Numbered from the stretch's first letter, positions 1 to 16,535 are shown. The stretch: 64,000 nt of DNA from the human T2T-CHM13v2.0 reference genome, Homo sapiens (GCF_009914755.1 NC_060945.1); one strand, 5' to 3'. The notes: generated from the sequence alone by a model not told the origin. Numbers and translations: made by a program.

Positions 1-59
1 TCCATTCCAATCTACTCCTCTCCAATCCATTCCACTCTCTCCATTCCCCTAAACTCTAT

Positions 60-2055
60 TCCATTCCACTTCGTTTCATTCCATTCCATTCCATTCCATT
101 CTATTCCACTCCACTTCATTCCATTCCACTGCCCTCCATTCCATTCCACTCCATTCCTTTAATTTCCATTCCTTTCCATTCCATTCCACTCCACTCCATT
201 CCATTCCGCTCTACTCCATTTCACTATATTCCATTGCATTCCACTCCACACCACTCCATTCCATTCCACTCGTCTCCATGTCATTCCATTCCATTCCATT
301 TCATTCCATTCCATTCCACTCCATTCGATTCCATTCCACTCCAGTCCATTTATTCCACTCCACAGCACTGCATTCCACTCCATTCCACTCCATTCCACTA
401 CATTCTCTTCTCCGCAATTCCATTCCATTCCATTCCAATCCACTCCACTCCATTCCACTCCAAAACCTTCTACTCCACACCACACCACTCTACTCCATTC
501 CACTCCATTCCATTCCACTCCGCTGCATTCCATTCCACTCCCCTCTATTCCAAACACTCCATTCCACTCCAATCCACTTCCTTCCACTTCACTCAACTCA
601 ATTTCACTCCACTCCATTCCATTCTACTCCACTGCATTCCACTCCTCTCCACTGCACTCCTTCCATTCCACTCCAATCCATTTCACTCCTCTCATTTCCA
701 TTTTACTCTACTCCATTCCACTACCCTGCATTCCATTCCATTCCATTCCATTCCATTCCATTCCATTCCATTCCACTCCACTCCATTCCATTCCACTCCA
801 CTCCATTCCATTCCAATCCACTCCATTCAACTCCATTTCACTCCATTAAATTCCACTCCACTCCATTCCAATCCACTCCATTCAACTCCATTTCACTCCA
901 TTCAATTCCACTCCACTCCATTCCAATCTACTGTTTCCATTTCATTCTATGCAATTCCATTCCAATCCATTCCAATTCATTCCATTCCATTCAATTGCTT
1001 TCCACTCCAATCCATTCTACACCACTCCATTCCTTTCCAGTCCACTCCTTTCCACTCTACTCCATTCCACTCCACACTACTAAATTCCACTATACTCCAT
1101 TCAATTCCACTTCGTCTCATTCCGTTCCATTCCATTCCATTCCATTCCATTCCATTCTATTCCACTCCACTTCTTTCCATTCCACTGTCCTCCATTCCAT
1201 TCCACTCCATTCGTTTAATTTCCATTCCTTTCCATTCCATTCCATTCCATTCCACTCCACTCCATTCCATTCCGCTCTACTCCATTCCACTATATTCCAT
1301 TGCATTCCACTCCACACCACTCCATTCCACTCCACTCGTCTCCATGTCATTCCATTCCATTTTATTCCATTCCATTCCACTCCATTCCATTCCATTCCAC
1401 TCCAGTCCATTTATTCCACTCCACTGCACTGCATTCCACTCCATTCCACTACATTCTCTTCCCCTCAATTCCATTCCATTCCATTCCATTCCAATCCACT
1501 ACACTCCATTCCACTCCAAAACCTTCTACTCCACACCACACCACTCTACTCCATTCCACTCCATTTCATTCCACTACGCTGCATTCCATTCCACTCTGCT
1601 GCATTCCATTCCACTCCCTTCTGTTCCAAACCCTCCATTCCACTCCAATCCACTTCCTTCCACTTCACTCCACTCAATTTCACTCCACTCCATTCCATTC
1701 TACTCCACTCCATTCCACTCCTCTCCACTGCACTCCTTCCATTCCACTCCAATCCATTTCACTCCTCTCCTTTCCATTTTAATCTACTCCATTCCACTAC
1801 CTTCCATTCCATTCCATTCCACTCCACTCCATTCCATTCCAATCCACTCCATTCAACTCTATTTCACTCCATTCAATTCCACTCCACTCCATTCTAATCC
1901 ACTGTTTCCATTTTATTCTAATCCATTCCAATTCATTCCATTCCATTCAATTCCTTTCCACTCCAATCCATTCTACACCACTCCATTCCTTTCCAGCCCA
2001 CTCTTTTCCACTCTACTCCATTCCACTCCACACTACTACATTCCACTCCACTCAA
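60..2055 (+). repeat. Diverged ~1 kb tandem duplication (copy 1 ~60-1095, copy 2 ~1100-2055)
   Basis: Shared rare landmarks in the same order: CGTCTCCATGTCA at 271 and 1337; CAAAACCTTCTACTCCACACCACACC near 461 and 1517; CATTCTACACCACTCC near 1013 and 1969. Confidence 0.85.
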
Positions 2056-2144
2056 TTCCAGTCCACTCCACTCCATTCCATTCTACTTCATTCCACTCGA
2101 ATCCACTCCAGTCCACTACACTCCTCTACATTCCGCTCCACTCC

Positions 2145-2345
2145 ACTCCATTCTATTCCATTCCACTCCATTCCATTCCACTCACACAATTTCATTTCAC
2201 TCCTTTAGACTCCACTCCATTGCATTCCAAAACACTCCACTCCATTCCATTCTATTCCATTCCACTCCATTCCATTCCACTCACACCATTTCATTTCACT
2301 CCTTTAGACTCCACTCCATTGCATTCCACAACACTCCACTCCATT
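2145..2345 (+). repeat. 99-bp tandem duplication
   Basis: CCTTTAGACTCCACTCCATTGCATTCCA starts at 2202 and 2301. Confidence 0.85.
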
Positions 2346-5300
2346 CCACTATATTCCACTCCTTTCCATTCCATTATAGCCCACAAAATTCCTTTAAATT
2401 CCGCCCTATTCCATTCCACTCCACAACTTTCCACTCCATTCCCCTCCATTCCATTGCACTCCACGCTACTCCACTCTACTCCAATCCACTCCATTCGATT
2501 CCATTCTATTTCTTGCCAATCCATTCCATTCAACTCTCTCCATTCCACTCCACACCAATGTGTTCCACTCCACTGCATTGCATTCCAGTCCACTAAATTT
2601 CACTCCACTCCATTCCACTCCACTTCATTCCACTCCACTCAACTCCACTCCACTCTGCTCCGTTGCACTCCCCTCCATTTTATTCCTCTCCAATCCATTC
2701 CACTCTTCTCCACTCTGTTCCACTCCATTCCACTCTATTCCACTCAATTCCATTCAAATCCACTCCATTCCACTCCTCTCCACTCCATTCCATTCCACTC
2801 CACTCCTCTCCACTCCATTCTATTTCACACCACTGCTCCCCATTCCACTCCATTCCTTTCCGTTCCACTCCATTCCAGTCAACTCAACTCCAGTCAACTC
2901 CACTCAAATCCATTCAATTAAACTCCATTTCATTCCATTCCAGTTCACTCCATTTTATTCCACTCCACTGCATTCCTTTCCACTAAATTCCTCTTCATTC
3001 CATTCCCCTCCCTTCCTTTCAATTCCATTACACTGCAGTCCAGTCCACTCAATTCCACTGGACTCCATTCAACCCCATTTCATTCCTTTCCTTTCCATTC
3101 CACTCTATTCCACTTCACTCCACTCCATTCCATTCTACTCTACTCCATTCCACTAAATTCCTTTACATTCTACTCCACACCACTCCTTTCCAATCCACTC
3201 CATTGCATTTCGTTGCATTCCATTCCATTCCATTCCATTCCAGTCCATTTTTTTTCACTCCACTGCATTCCATTCCACTCCATTCCGCTGCATTCCACTC
3301 CATTCCACTACATTACATTCCCCTCCATTCCATTGCATTGCATTGCATTGCATTCCATTCCATTCCATTCCATTCCACTCCATTACACTCCTGTCCATTC
3401 TACTCCACTCCACACCACTCCACTCCATTCCACTCTATTCCATTCCACTCCGCTGCATTCCATTCCACTCTGCTCCATTCCACCCCACTCTATTCCACCC
3501 CACTCCATTCCACTCCAATCCACTCCTTTCCACTCCACTCCACTCTATTTCACTCCGCTCCATTCCATTCTACTGCACTCCATTCCACTCCACTCCACTC
3601 CTTTCCAACCCACTCCACTCCATTTCACTACACTCCATTCCATTCTACTCAACTCCATTCCACTACACTCCATTCTATTGCATTCCATTCCATTCGATTC
3701 CACCCCACTCATTCCATTCCACTCCATTCCACTCCATTCCATGCTACTCCATTCCATTCCACTCCATTCCATTCCACTCCATTCCATTACATTATACTCT
3801 TTCAAATCCATTCCACTCCATTCCTTTCCACTCCACTCTTGTCCACTCCACTCCACTGCATTCCACTCAATTCTATTCTATTCCACTCCACTCCATTAAA
3901 TTCCACTCCACTCCGTTCCATTCTATTCCATTCCACTCCATTCCATTCCATTCCATTCCATTCCACTCCACTCCATCACTTTCCATTCAACTCCAGTCCA
4001 TTCCATTCCAGTCAATTCCATTCCATTCTGTTCCACTCCACTGCACTCCTCTCCACTGCATTCCATTCCACTCCATTCCATTCCCTTCCACTCTATTCTC
4101 TTCTATTCTACTCCATTCTTTTCAACTCCACTCCACACCATTCCATTCTATCCCACTTCACTCCATTCCATTCCATTCGACTCCAATGCATTTCAATCCA
4201 CTAGTTTCCGTTCCCCTCCACTCCATTACCCTCCATTTCATTCAATTCCATTCCACTCCACTCCACTCCATTTCACACCACTCTTTATTCCCCTTCATTA
4301 AATTCCATTCCACTCATCTCCACTCCATTCCATTTCCCTACGTTCCATTCCATTTCACTCCACTCCATTGCATTCCATTCCACTCCATTCCATTCCATTC
4401 CATTCCTTTTAACTACATTCCAGTCCTTTCAAATCCATTCCACTCCATTCCATTCCACAACACTCCAGTCCACTCCACTCCATTCAATTCCAATCCGTTC
4501 CATTCCCTTCCACTCCCCTCCACTCCATTCCACTCAATTCCATTCTATTCCACTCCATTCCATTCAATTCCACTGCACTCCAATCCACTCCGTTCCATTC
4601 CAATCCATTCCATTCCATTCAATTCCATTACATTCCACTCCATCACATTCCATTCAACTCCACTAGTGTGCATTACACTCCACTCCACTCCATTTCACTC
4701 CACTAGATTCCATTCCAATCCACTCCACTCCTCTCCACTCCATTTCACTCCATTGAATTACACTCCATTCCATTCACTTCCATTCCACTCCACTCCGCTC
4801 CACTCCATTTTATTCAGTTCCATTCCATTGCATTGCATTACATTCCATTCCATTTGAATCTTCTCCATTTCTTTCCATTCCTTTACACTGCATTCCAAGC
4901 CATTCCACTCCATTCCACTCCACTCCACTCCAATCACCTCTTTTCCATTCCTCTCCATTCCATTCCACTCCACTCCAATCCCCTCCATTACATTCCAGTC
5001 CATTCCACTCCACTCCAATCTATTCCATTGCACTCCATTTCATTCCATTCCACTCCACTTCCCTGCATTCCACTCCACTCTATTCCACTACACTCCATTT
5101 ACCTCCAATCCATTCTGTTCCATTCCATTCCATTCCACTCCATTCCATTCCATTCCACTCCATTCCAATCCCTTCCATGCCACTCCATTCCCATTCCTTT
5201 CCATCGCACTCCACTCCACTCCAACCCACTCCACTCCTATCCTTTCCATTCCTTACCTTTCCATTCCATTCCATTCAATTCCACTCCACTCCACTCCGTT

Positions 5301-7215
5301 TCATTCCACATCATTCCATTTCATTCCACTGCAATTCATTTCATTCCATTCCATTCCTTTCCACTCTACTCCCTTCCTTTCCATACCATTCCTATCCACT
5401 CCACTCCTTTCCACTCCAATCCACTTCATTCCATTCCAATTCACTCCATTCCACCCTACTCCATTCCATTCCAATTCACTCCATTCCACCCTACTCCATT
5501 CCACTACTCTCCACTCCATTTCAACCGACTCCATTCCACTCCACTCCTCTCCATTCCAATCCACTCCGTTTCATTACACTCTACTCCATTCCATTGTACT
5601 CCACTCAATTCTGTTCCACTCCATTCCACTCCATTCCATTCAACTCCATTCCATTCCATTCCATTACTCTCCACTAGACTCCATTCCATTCCTTTACAAT
5701 CCAGTCCACTACACTCCATTCCTTTCCAATCCATTCCACACCATTCCATTCCGTTTCACTCCACTCCATTCAATTCCCCTCCACTCCTTTCCGTTTAAAT
5801 CCATTGCATTCCATTCATGTCCACTCCATTCCGTTCCATTTCACTCCATTACATTACATTCCACTCCACTCCACTCCACTCCATTCCATTCCATTTCATG
5901 CCATTCCAAATCAATCCACTCCACTCCACCCCAATCCATTCCACTCTATTCCATTTTACTCCACTCCATTCCATTCCACTCAACCCTATTCCACTACTGT
6001 CGATTCCACTCCACTCCATTGCACTCCACTCCATTCCATTCTCTTCCTTTCCACTCCATTCCATTCCACTCCACTCCACTCCATTCAACTCCACTACATT
6101 CCATTCCGTTACACTCCACTCCATTCCACTACATTCCACTCCATTCCATAGCACTCCACTGCATTCAACTCCATTCCACTCCATTCCATTCTACTCCACT
6201 CCACTACACAACATTCTATCCCGTTCCATTGCATTCCATTCCACTCCACTCCACTCCATTCGCTTCCAGTCCACTCCACTGAATTTCACTAAACTCAACT
6301 GCATTCGAGTCCACTCCATTATGCTCCATTCCACTCTACTCCATTCCACTCCACTCCACTCTTTTCCACTCCCCTCCATTCCATTCCACTACATTGCAAT
6401 CCTTTCTACCCCACTGTATTTCACTCCACTCCATTCCATTCCTTTACAATCCATTCCATACCATTCTATTCCACTTCATTCCATTCCACTACACTCCATT
6501 CCAATCTACTCAACTACATTCCGTTCAATTCCACTCCATTCCATTCCACTCCATTCCATTCGAATCCATTCCATTCAAATCCATTCCACTCGTATCCACT
6601 CCATTCCATTCCATTCCACTGCACTCAACTCCATTCCATTTCTTTCAAATTCATTTAACTCCATTCCATTCCATTCTACTCCATTCCCTTCCATTCAACT
6701 CCACTCCCTTCTGATCCAATCCATTCCATTCCAAGACATTCCACACTAATCCACTCCACTCACTCCATTCATTTCGACTCCATTCCATTGCACTGCATTC
6801 CATTCCATTCCACTCAACTCTATTCCACTCCACTCCATTGCACTCCACTCCATTGCGCTCCACTCCATTCTTTTCCATTCCTTTCCACTCCATTCCATTC
6901 CACTACACTCCACTCAATTCCATTCCAGTACACTCCATTCCACTCCATTCCATTCCAGACCACTCCTCTCTAATCCATTCCGTCCTATTCCATTCCATTC
7001 CACTCTACTCCTCTACATTGCATTACACTTGATTCCTTTCCACTTCACTCCACTCCTTTCCATTCCACTCCACTCCATTCGAATCCATTCCACTCCACTC
7101 CACTCCATTATATTTCATTCCCGTCCACTCCATTCCATTACCCTTCACTCTACTCTTTTTCACTCCACTCTGCTCCATTCCTGCCCATTCCATTCCATTC
7201 AATTCCACTCCACTC

Positions 7216-7607
7216 CACTCCATTCCACTCCAATCCATTCCGCTCCATTTCATTCCATTCCATTCCATTCCAATCCATTCCATTGCAATCCACTCAATTC
7301 CATTCCATTCCAGTCTATTCCACTCCACTCTATTCCATTCCACTCCACTCTATTCCACTCCACTCCACTCCAATCAACTCCACTACATTCCCTTCCATTC
7401 CACTCCATTCCATTCCACTCCAATCCATTCCGCTCCATTTCATTCCATTCCATTCCATTCCAATCCATTCCATTGCAATCCACTCCATTCCATTCTATTC
7501 CAGTCTATTCCACTCCACTCTATTCCATTCCACTCCACTCTATTCCACTCCACTCCACTCCAATCAACTCCACTACATTCCCTTCCATTCCACTCCATTC
7601 CATTCCA
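7216..7607 (+). repeat. 190-bp tandem duplication, near identical
   Basis: CGCTCCATTT at 7241/7431, CAGTCTATTC at 7311/7501, CAATCAACTC at 7371/7561. Confidence 0.9.
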
Positions 7608-9350
7608 TCCAATTCCATTCTATTCCACTGCATTTCAATACACTCCACTCCAATCCACTCCACTCCATTCCATTCCATTCCACTCTGTTCCATTCTATTC
7701 CATTCCACTCCACTCCATTCCATTCCATTCCACTCAACTCCACTCTACTAAAATCCACTGCATTCCATTCCACTTCACTCTACTCCACTCCACTCCATTT
7801 CATTCCATTCCACTCTACTCCACTCCACTCCACTCCAATTCATTCCAGTTCACCCAATTCCATTCCACTCTACATTCCCTTCCACTCCACTACATTCCAC
7901 TCCACTCTATTGCATTCCATTCCACTCTATTCCATTCCATTCCGGTGCACTTCTTCACTCCATTCCACTGCATTCCCGTCCTTTCCACTCCATTCCATTC
8001 TATTGCACTACACTCTATTCCATTCCATTCAACTCCATTCCATTCCATTCCATTCCTTCCATTCCATTCCTTTCCACTGTTGTCCACTCCACTCCACTCC
8101 AATCCACTCCATTCCTTTCCTTTTCATTAGATTCCACTCCAATCCACTCCATTGTATTCCTCTCCACTCCATTTTATTCCACTCCAATGCATTTCATGTC
8201 ATTCCATTCCATTCCACTCTACTGCATTCCTTTCCACTCCATTCCAATACCGTCCACTCCATTCCACTCCATTCCACTTCATTCCATTCCACTACCATCC
8301 GTTCCACCCCACTCCATTCTACTCCTCTCCACTCCGTTCCACTCCAGTACGCTCCATTTCACTCCAATCCATTCCATTCCAATCCACTCCATTCCATTCC
8401 ACTCCATTCCAATCCATTCCTTTCCATTCCATTCCTTTCCATTCAGCACAATTCCATTAAATTCTTTCCTCTCCACCCCACTCCATTCCATTCTGTTCCA
8501 TTCCACTCCAATACCCTCCAATCCTTTCCAATCCATTCCATTCCATTTCACTTCAATCCATTCCATTCCACTCCACTCCTTTCTATTCCAATCCATTGCA
8601 TTCAAATCCATTCCACTGCATTCCGTTCCATTCCACTCCATTACATTCCATTTCACTCCACTCCACTCCAATCCATTCCATTCCATTCCATTCCATGCCA
8701 TTCCACACCAACACACTCCACTCCACACCATTAAATTTCACTCCCTTCCATTCCACTAAAATCCATTCCATTCCACTCAACTCCATTCCACTGCACTCCA
8801 TTCCTTTCCAGTCCATTGCACTCCACTCCATTCCATTCCATTCCACTCCAATCGATTCCATTCCTCTCCCCTCCACTCCATTCCATTGCACTCCACTCCA
8901 TTTCACTCCATTCCACTCAATTCCATTCCAATCAAATCCACTCCACTCCATTCCATCCCATTCAATTCCATTCCACTCCACTCCACTCCATTCCATTCCA
9001 CTTCACTCCACTCCATCCCACTCCACTCCACTCCATCCAGTCCATTCCATTCCAATTCACTCCACCGCATTCTATTCCGTTCCCTTCAATTTCATTCCAT
9101 TCCATTCCACTCCATTCCGTTCCATTCCACTCAATTCCATTCGACTCTGTTCCACTCCATTCTATTCATTTCCACTCCACTCCATTCCATTCCACTCCAC
9201 TCCATTCCATTCCACTCCATTCCAGTCCATTCCATTCAACTCCATTCCACTCCATTCCAGTCCATTCCATTTAACTCACTCCATTCCACTCCATTCCATT
9301 CAACTCCATTCCATCCATTCCATTCAACTCCTCTCCACTCCTTTCCATTC

Positions 9351-9520
9351 CATTCCACTCCGCTGCACTACAACCCATTCCTGTCCTATCCATTTCACTA
9401 CATTCCATTCCATTCTAATACACTCCGTTCCATTCCACTCCGCTCCACTACAACCCATTCCTGTCCTATCCATTTCACTACATTCCATTCCATTCTAATA
9501 CACTCCGTTCCTTTCCACTC
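9351..9520 (+). repeat. 80-bp tandem duplication
   Basis: CAACCCATTCCTGTCCTATCC at 9371 and 9451; CATTCTAATACACTCCGTTC at 9411 and 9491. Confidence 0.9.
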
Positions 9521-12500
9521 CACTCCTTTATATTCCATTCTATTCCATTCCATGCCATTCCACACCAATCCACTCCACTCCACTCCATTCCACTCCACTC
9601 CCTTCCATTCCACTACCCTCCATTCCATTCCACTCAATTCTATTCCATTCCACTCCATTCCACTCCACTATATTGCACTCCACTCAATTTGATTCCATTT
9701 CTTTCCACTCCAATCCATTCCACTACACTCCATTCTTTTCCATTCCACTCCACACATTCCACTCCATTCCACTACATTCCTTTTTACTCCACTCCACTCC
9801 ATTCCACTCCATTCCATCCCACTCCATTAAATTCCATTCCACTCCACTCCACTCAACTCCATTCCATTCCGTTCCATCACATTCCAACCAATTCCCTTCC
9901 AAACCACACTGCTCCTTTCAATTCCACTCCACTCCATTCCACTCCACTCCACTCCTTTCAACTACACTCGTTTGCAATCCACTCCATTCCACTCCATTCC
10001 ACTCCAGTGCATTCCACTCCACTCTATTGCATTCCCTTCCACTCCAGTCCATTCCATTCCTTTCCATTCCTCATCACTCCATTCCACTCCACTCCATTCC
10101 ACTCCACTCCAATCCACTCCACTCTACTCCACTCCATTCCATTCCATTACACTCAACTCCATTGCTTTCCTTTCAATTCCATTCCACGCCATTCCGCCCC
10201 ACACCACTCCACTCCATTGAATTCCAATCCGTTCCACTCCATTCCATTCCACTCCACTCCACTCTTCTTCACTCTACTCCATTCCTGCCCATGCCATTCC
10301 ATTCCATTGCATTCCACTCGACTGTACTCCATTCCATTCCAATCCATTCCGCTCAACTGCATTCCATTCCATTTCACTCCATTCCATTCAACTCCCCTCC
10401 ATTCCATTCCATTCCACTCCACTGTATTCCACTCCACTCCATTCCATTCCACTCCATTCCTTTCCACTCCACTCCACTTTACTCAACTCCATTCCACTCC
10501 ATTCCATTCCACTCCACTCCATTATATTCCACTCCATTCCACTCCTCTCCATTCTATTCCACTCCATTCCAATACACTCCACTCCATTCCACTCCATTCT
10601 ATTCCATTCACCTCCAGTTCTTTCCATTCCATTCCACTCCATTCAATTCCATTCCACTCCATTCAATTCCATTCCACTCCACTCCTTCCTATTCCACTCC
10701 ATTCCAGTACTCTCCACTCCATTCTACTCTCCTCCATTCCATTCCACTCCATTCCATACCAGTCCACTCCACTCCTCTCTACTCCATTCCACTCCATTCC
10801 ATTCTACTCCATTGCATACCACTCCACTCCACTCATCTCTACTCCATTCCGTTCCATTCCATTCCTTTCCTCTCCTTTCCATTTCACTTCACTCCGTTAT
10901 ATTCCAATCCATTCCAATTCACTCTACTCCATTTATCTCCATTCCTTCCCATTCCAGTTCACTCCATTCCGTTCGATTCCACTCCGTTCTGTTCCATTCC
11001 ATTCCACTACACTCCATTCCTTTCTATTGCATTTCTCTACACTCCACTCCACTCTACGAAAATCCACTCCATTCCATTCCACTTCACTCTACTCCCCTCC
11101 ATTCCATTGCATTCTGTTCCACTCCACTCCACTATACTCCATTCCATTCCACTCCACTCCATTCCACTCCACTCCATTCCACTCCACTCCATTCCATTCC
11201 ATTCCAAGCCACTCCATTCCATTCCACTCCACACCATTCCATTCCACTCTATTCCATTCCACTGCACTCCAATCCATTCCATTGCATTCCACTATACTCC
11301 ACTTCACTCCATTCCTTTCCATTCCATTCCACTACTCTCCATTCCACTCCATTCCACTCCACTCCATTCCATTCCACTCCACTCCACTCCATTCCATTCC
11401 AATCCATTCCATTCCACTCCACCCCAATCCATTCCACACCATTCCATTCCTTCCATTTCTTTATTTTCCATTCCTCTCTACTCCACTCAAATCCATTCCA
11501 TTCGTTTCTTTCCATTCTATTCCATTCCTTTCCACTCTTCTACACTCCACTGCATTGCACTCCATTCCATTGCATTCCACTCCAATGCATTTGATTCCAT
11601 TCGATTCCATCCACTCTGCTCCATTCCTTTCCACTCCATTCCATTTCACTCCACTCGATTCCACTCCACTCCACTTCATTCCATTCCACTCCACTCCATT
11701 CCACCACACTCCCTTCCACTAATGTCCTATCCATTCCACTCCACTCCACGCCGTTCCATTCCACTTCATTCCATTCCACTCCACTCCACGCCATTACACT
11801 CCACTTCATTCCATTCCACTCCACTCCATTCCATCCTGCTCCACTGCATTCTATTCCCCTCCATTCCATTCCATTCCATTCAACTCCATTCCATTCCATT
11901 CCATTCTAATCCAATCCATTCCATTCCACTCCGCAACTCTCAATTCCTTTCCAATCCATTCCCTTCCATTCCATTCCCTTTCACTCCAATTCATTCCATT
12001 CCACTCCATTCTATACGTTCCAGTCCATTGTATCCCATTCCATTCCACTGCATTCCGTTGCATTTCACTTCATTCCATTCCATTCCACTCCACTCCACTC
12101 CATTCCATTCCACTCCACTCCACTCCACTACTTTCCATTCCATTCCTAGCCATTCCACACCAATCCACTCCACTCTACTCCATGTCATTCTGCTCCATTC
12201 CATTCCACTCCTCTCCATTCCATTCCACCCAACTCTGTTCCAGTCCTCTCCATTTCACTCTACTGCGTTCCATTCCATTCCTTTCCAATCCATTACAATC
12301 CATTCCCCTCCACTCCATTCCATTTCACTCCACTATATTTCACTCCATTCCCCTCATTCCATTCCACTCCACTCCACTCCATTCCTCCCCGTTCCATTCC
12401 TTTCCATTGCATTCCACTCCACTGCATTCCATTCCACTCCTCTCCACTCAGTTCCATTCGAGTCCACACCAATCCCTTCCATTCCACTCCACTCCATTCG

Positions 12501-15500
12501 ACTCCGCTAGACTCCTTTCCTCTCCCATCCCCTCCATTCCACTCCATTTCTCTCCACTCCACTTCATTCCACTACACTCCATTTCACTCCAATCCATTCC
12601 ATTCCATTCCAATCCAATCCATTCCATTCAATTCCACTTCACTCCATTGCAAACCACTCGATTCCCTTCAACTCCTCCCCATTCCATTCCACTCCTATCC
12701 ATTCTTTCCATTAAACTCCATTCCACTCCATTTCTTTCCATTCTCCTCCACTACATTCCATTCAGTTCCACCACAGTCCACTACACTCCATTCATTTCCA
12801 ATCCAATCAACTCCATTCCATTAAATTCTACTCCACTCAGTTCCATTCCACTCCACTCCATTCCACTCCACTCCACTCTTTGCACTCGTTTCCATTCCAA
12901 TCTACTCCATTCCACCCCATTCCAATAAATTGCATTCCACTCAACTCCATTCCGTTCCATTCCATTCCACTTCAATCCATTCCACTCCACTCCACTGCAT
13001 TCCACTGCATTCTATTCCCTTCCACTCCATTCCACTCTACTCTATTCCACTGAACTCCTTTTCATTCCACTCCATTCCATTCTACTCCACTCCACTCCAA
13101 TCAACTTCATTCCAATCCATTCTATTCCATTCCACTCGATACCATTCCACTCCACTCCATTCTATTACATTTCATTCCAATACACTCCACTCCATTCCAC
13201 TCCACTCCATTATATTCCATTCCACCCTGTTCCATTCCATTCCCCTGTACTCCTCTCCAATCCACTGCACTACAGTCCATTCCCCTTCAGTCCATTCCAT
13301 TCCACTATTCTCAACTACACTCCACTCCATTCCACTCCACTCCACTCCGCTCTACTCCACTCCATTTCATTCATGTCCACTCCATTTTTTTCCATTCCAC
13401 TCCAGTCCATTCCACTCCTTTCCAATCCACTCTGCTCCACTACATTCCATTCCAATCCACTCCATTCCTTTCCCCTCATTTCTCGTCCATGCAACTCAGT
13501 TCCACTCCACTCCATTCCATTCCACTCTACTCTACTCCATTCCATTCCATTCCACTCCACTCCACTCCACTCTAATCCACTCCACTCCATTCCATTCCAA
13601 TCCACTCAATTCCATTCCACTCCACTTCACTGCATTCCACTCCACTTCATTCCATTCCACTCTTTTCCATTCCACTCCACTCCATTCCATTTCATTCCCC
13701 TCCATTCCATTCCACTCTACTCCATTCCATTCCATTCCATTCCATTCCATTCCTTTCCTCTCCACTCCATTCCCTTCCAATCCACTGCATTTCACTCCAC
13801 TTCCTTCCATTCCGTTCTTTTCCACTCCATTCCATTCCACTGCACTCCATTCCATTCCACTCATCTCCATTCCATTCCACTCCTTTCCATTTCACTCCAC
13901 TGTACTCCATTCCGTTCAACTCCTCTTCATTCCAGTCCTCTCCACTCCATTCCACTGCTCTCCGTTCCTCTCCAATCCTTTCCATTCAATTCCATGCCAT
14001 TCCATTCCATTGCACTCCGTTCGATTCGACTCCACTCCTTTTCAGTCCATTCCCCTACATTCCATTCCATTCTACTCCACTAAATTCTAGTCCACTCCAC
14101 TCCATTCCATTCCATTCATGGTCATTCCATTCCATTCTATTCCATTCCATTCCACAATACTCCATTCTACTCAACTCCACTCGGTTCCACTCCACTCCAT
14201 TCCGTTCCACTCAACTCCATTCCACTCCACCACATCCCATTCCACTCTCTTCCATTGCACTCCACTACATTCCATTCCACTGCTCTCCATTCAACTCCAT
14301 TCCAGTCTACGAAACACAACTCCATTCCACTCCACTCCACTTCATTCCTTTTCATTACATTCCATCCAACCCACTCCATTCCATTCCATTTCACTTCACT
14401 CCATTCCACTCTACTCCTCTCCACTCCATGCCACTCCTTTAATCTCCATTCCATTCCATTTCACCTCATACCACTCCACTCTGCAACATTCCACTCCACT
14501 CCAGTCCACCCCATTCCATTCCACACTGCTCCAGTCCACTTCACTCCATTCCACCCCATTTCACTCCACTCCATTGTGTTCCATACCATTCTATTCGACT
14601 CCCTTCCACTCCACTCCACTCCATTACGCTCCACTCCATTGCATTCCATTCCATGCCTCTCTATTCTATTCAATTCCACTCCATTCCATTCCACTCCAGT
14701 CCCATCCACTACATTCCACTCCATTCCATTCCCCTCCACTCCACGCCACTCTACTCCCCTCCACTTCTCTTCATCCCATTCCATTCCTTGCCATTCCATT
14801 CTATTCCATTTTATTCCATTCCACTCCAATCCATTCCAATTCACTCCACTCAGTTCCACTCCACTTGATGCCATTCCACTCCACTCGATTCCATTTCATT
14901 CGACTCCACACCACTCCCCTTCATTTCACTCCACTCTTCTCCACACCTATCCACTCCACCCCAATCCATTCCACTCTGTTAGTTTCCATTCCACTCCAAT
15001 CCGTTACATTCCAGTCCACTCCATTCCATTCCACTACATTTCAGTTCATTCCACTCCATTCCATTTCATTCCATTGCATTCCATTCCACCCAACTCCATT
15101 CCACTCCATTCCATTCCACTCTACTTCATTCCATACCATTTCATTCCAGTCCATTCCATTACACTCCACTCCATTCCATTCCACTACACTCCATTCCACT
15201 GCTTGCCACTCCATTCCATTCCACTCCACTCCACTCCAATCCATTCCATTCCATTGTATTCCACTCAAATCCACTCCACTCCTTTCTTTTCCATTCCATT
15301 CCACTCCATTCTACTCCACCCCACTCCACTCCATTCCATTCCATTCCACTCCTTCTATTCCATTCCACTGCATTCCACTCCACTCCATTCCATTCCACCC
15401 CACTCCACTCCACTCCATTCCATTCCACTCCATTTCATTCCATTGCTCTCCCTTCCATTCCTTTCCACTGCATCCCAATCCACTCCATTCCATTACACTC

Positions 15501-16535
15501 CATTCCATTCCTTTCCACTCCACTCCAGTCCATTCCACCCCACTCCATTTTATTCCATTCTATTCCACTCTACTCCATTCCTTTCAATTCCATTCCACTC
15601 CACTTCAGTCAATTCCACTCCAATCCATTCCATTCGATTGCATTCCATTCCACTGCAATCCACAGCACTCCACTCCATGCCTTTCCACTCCCTTCCATTC
15701 CATTCGATTCCATTGCATTCCATTTGATTCCACTGCATTCCATTGCACTCCTTTCCATTCCACTCCACACCATTTAATTCCACTTCACTCCATCCATCCT
15801 CATTCCAACACATTCCGCTTCAGTACACTCCACTCCCTTCCACTCCACTCCATCCCTCCCCACTCCACTCCATTCCACTACATTCCACTCCTTTCCATTC
15901 CACTCTATTCCCTTCCATTCCACTCCACCCCAGTCTGCTCCATTTCATTCCAATCCACTCCGTTCCATTCCACTCCACTCCACTACATTCCAATCCATTG
16001 TATTCCAATTTATTCAATTCCTAACCACTCCATTCCATTCCACTCCACTCCATTCTACTCCACTCCACTCCACTCCACTTTACTCCACTCCATTCAATTC
16101 GACTCCACTCCACTCAACTACACTCTACTTCTCTTCACTCCACTTCATTCCTTTCCACTCCATTGCATTCCATTCCACTTCACTCCATTCCAATCCAATC
16201 CACTCCATTCCACTTCACTCCCTTCCATTCCATTCCATTCCTTTCCTTTCCACTCATCTCCATTCCTCTCCAGTCCACTCCATTCCACTCTACACCATTC
16301 CACTGTACTGCATTCCACTCCACTGCATTCCACTCCAGTCCATTCCATTCCATTCCCTTCCACTTCCCTGCATTCCATTGAATGTCATACTACTCCACTC
16401 CAGTACACTCTTCTCCACTCCATTCAATTGCATTCCATTCCATTCCACTCCTCTCCACTCCATTCCACTCCACTCCACTCCAATCCGCTCCGTTCAATTC
16501 CATTCAATTCCACCCCATTCCATTCCACACCACTC

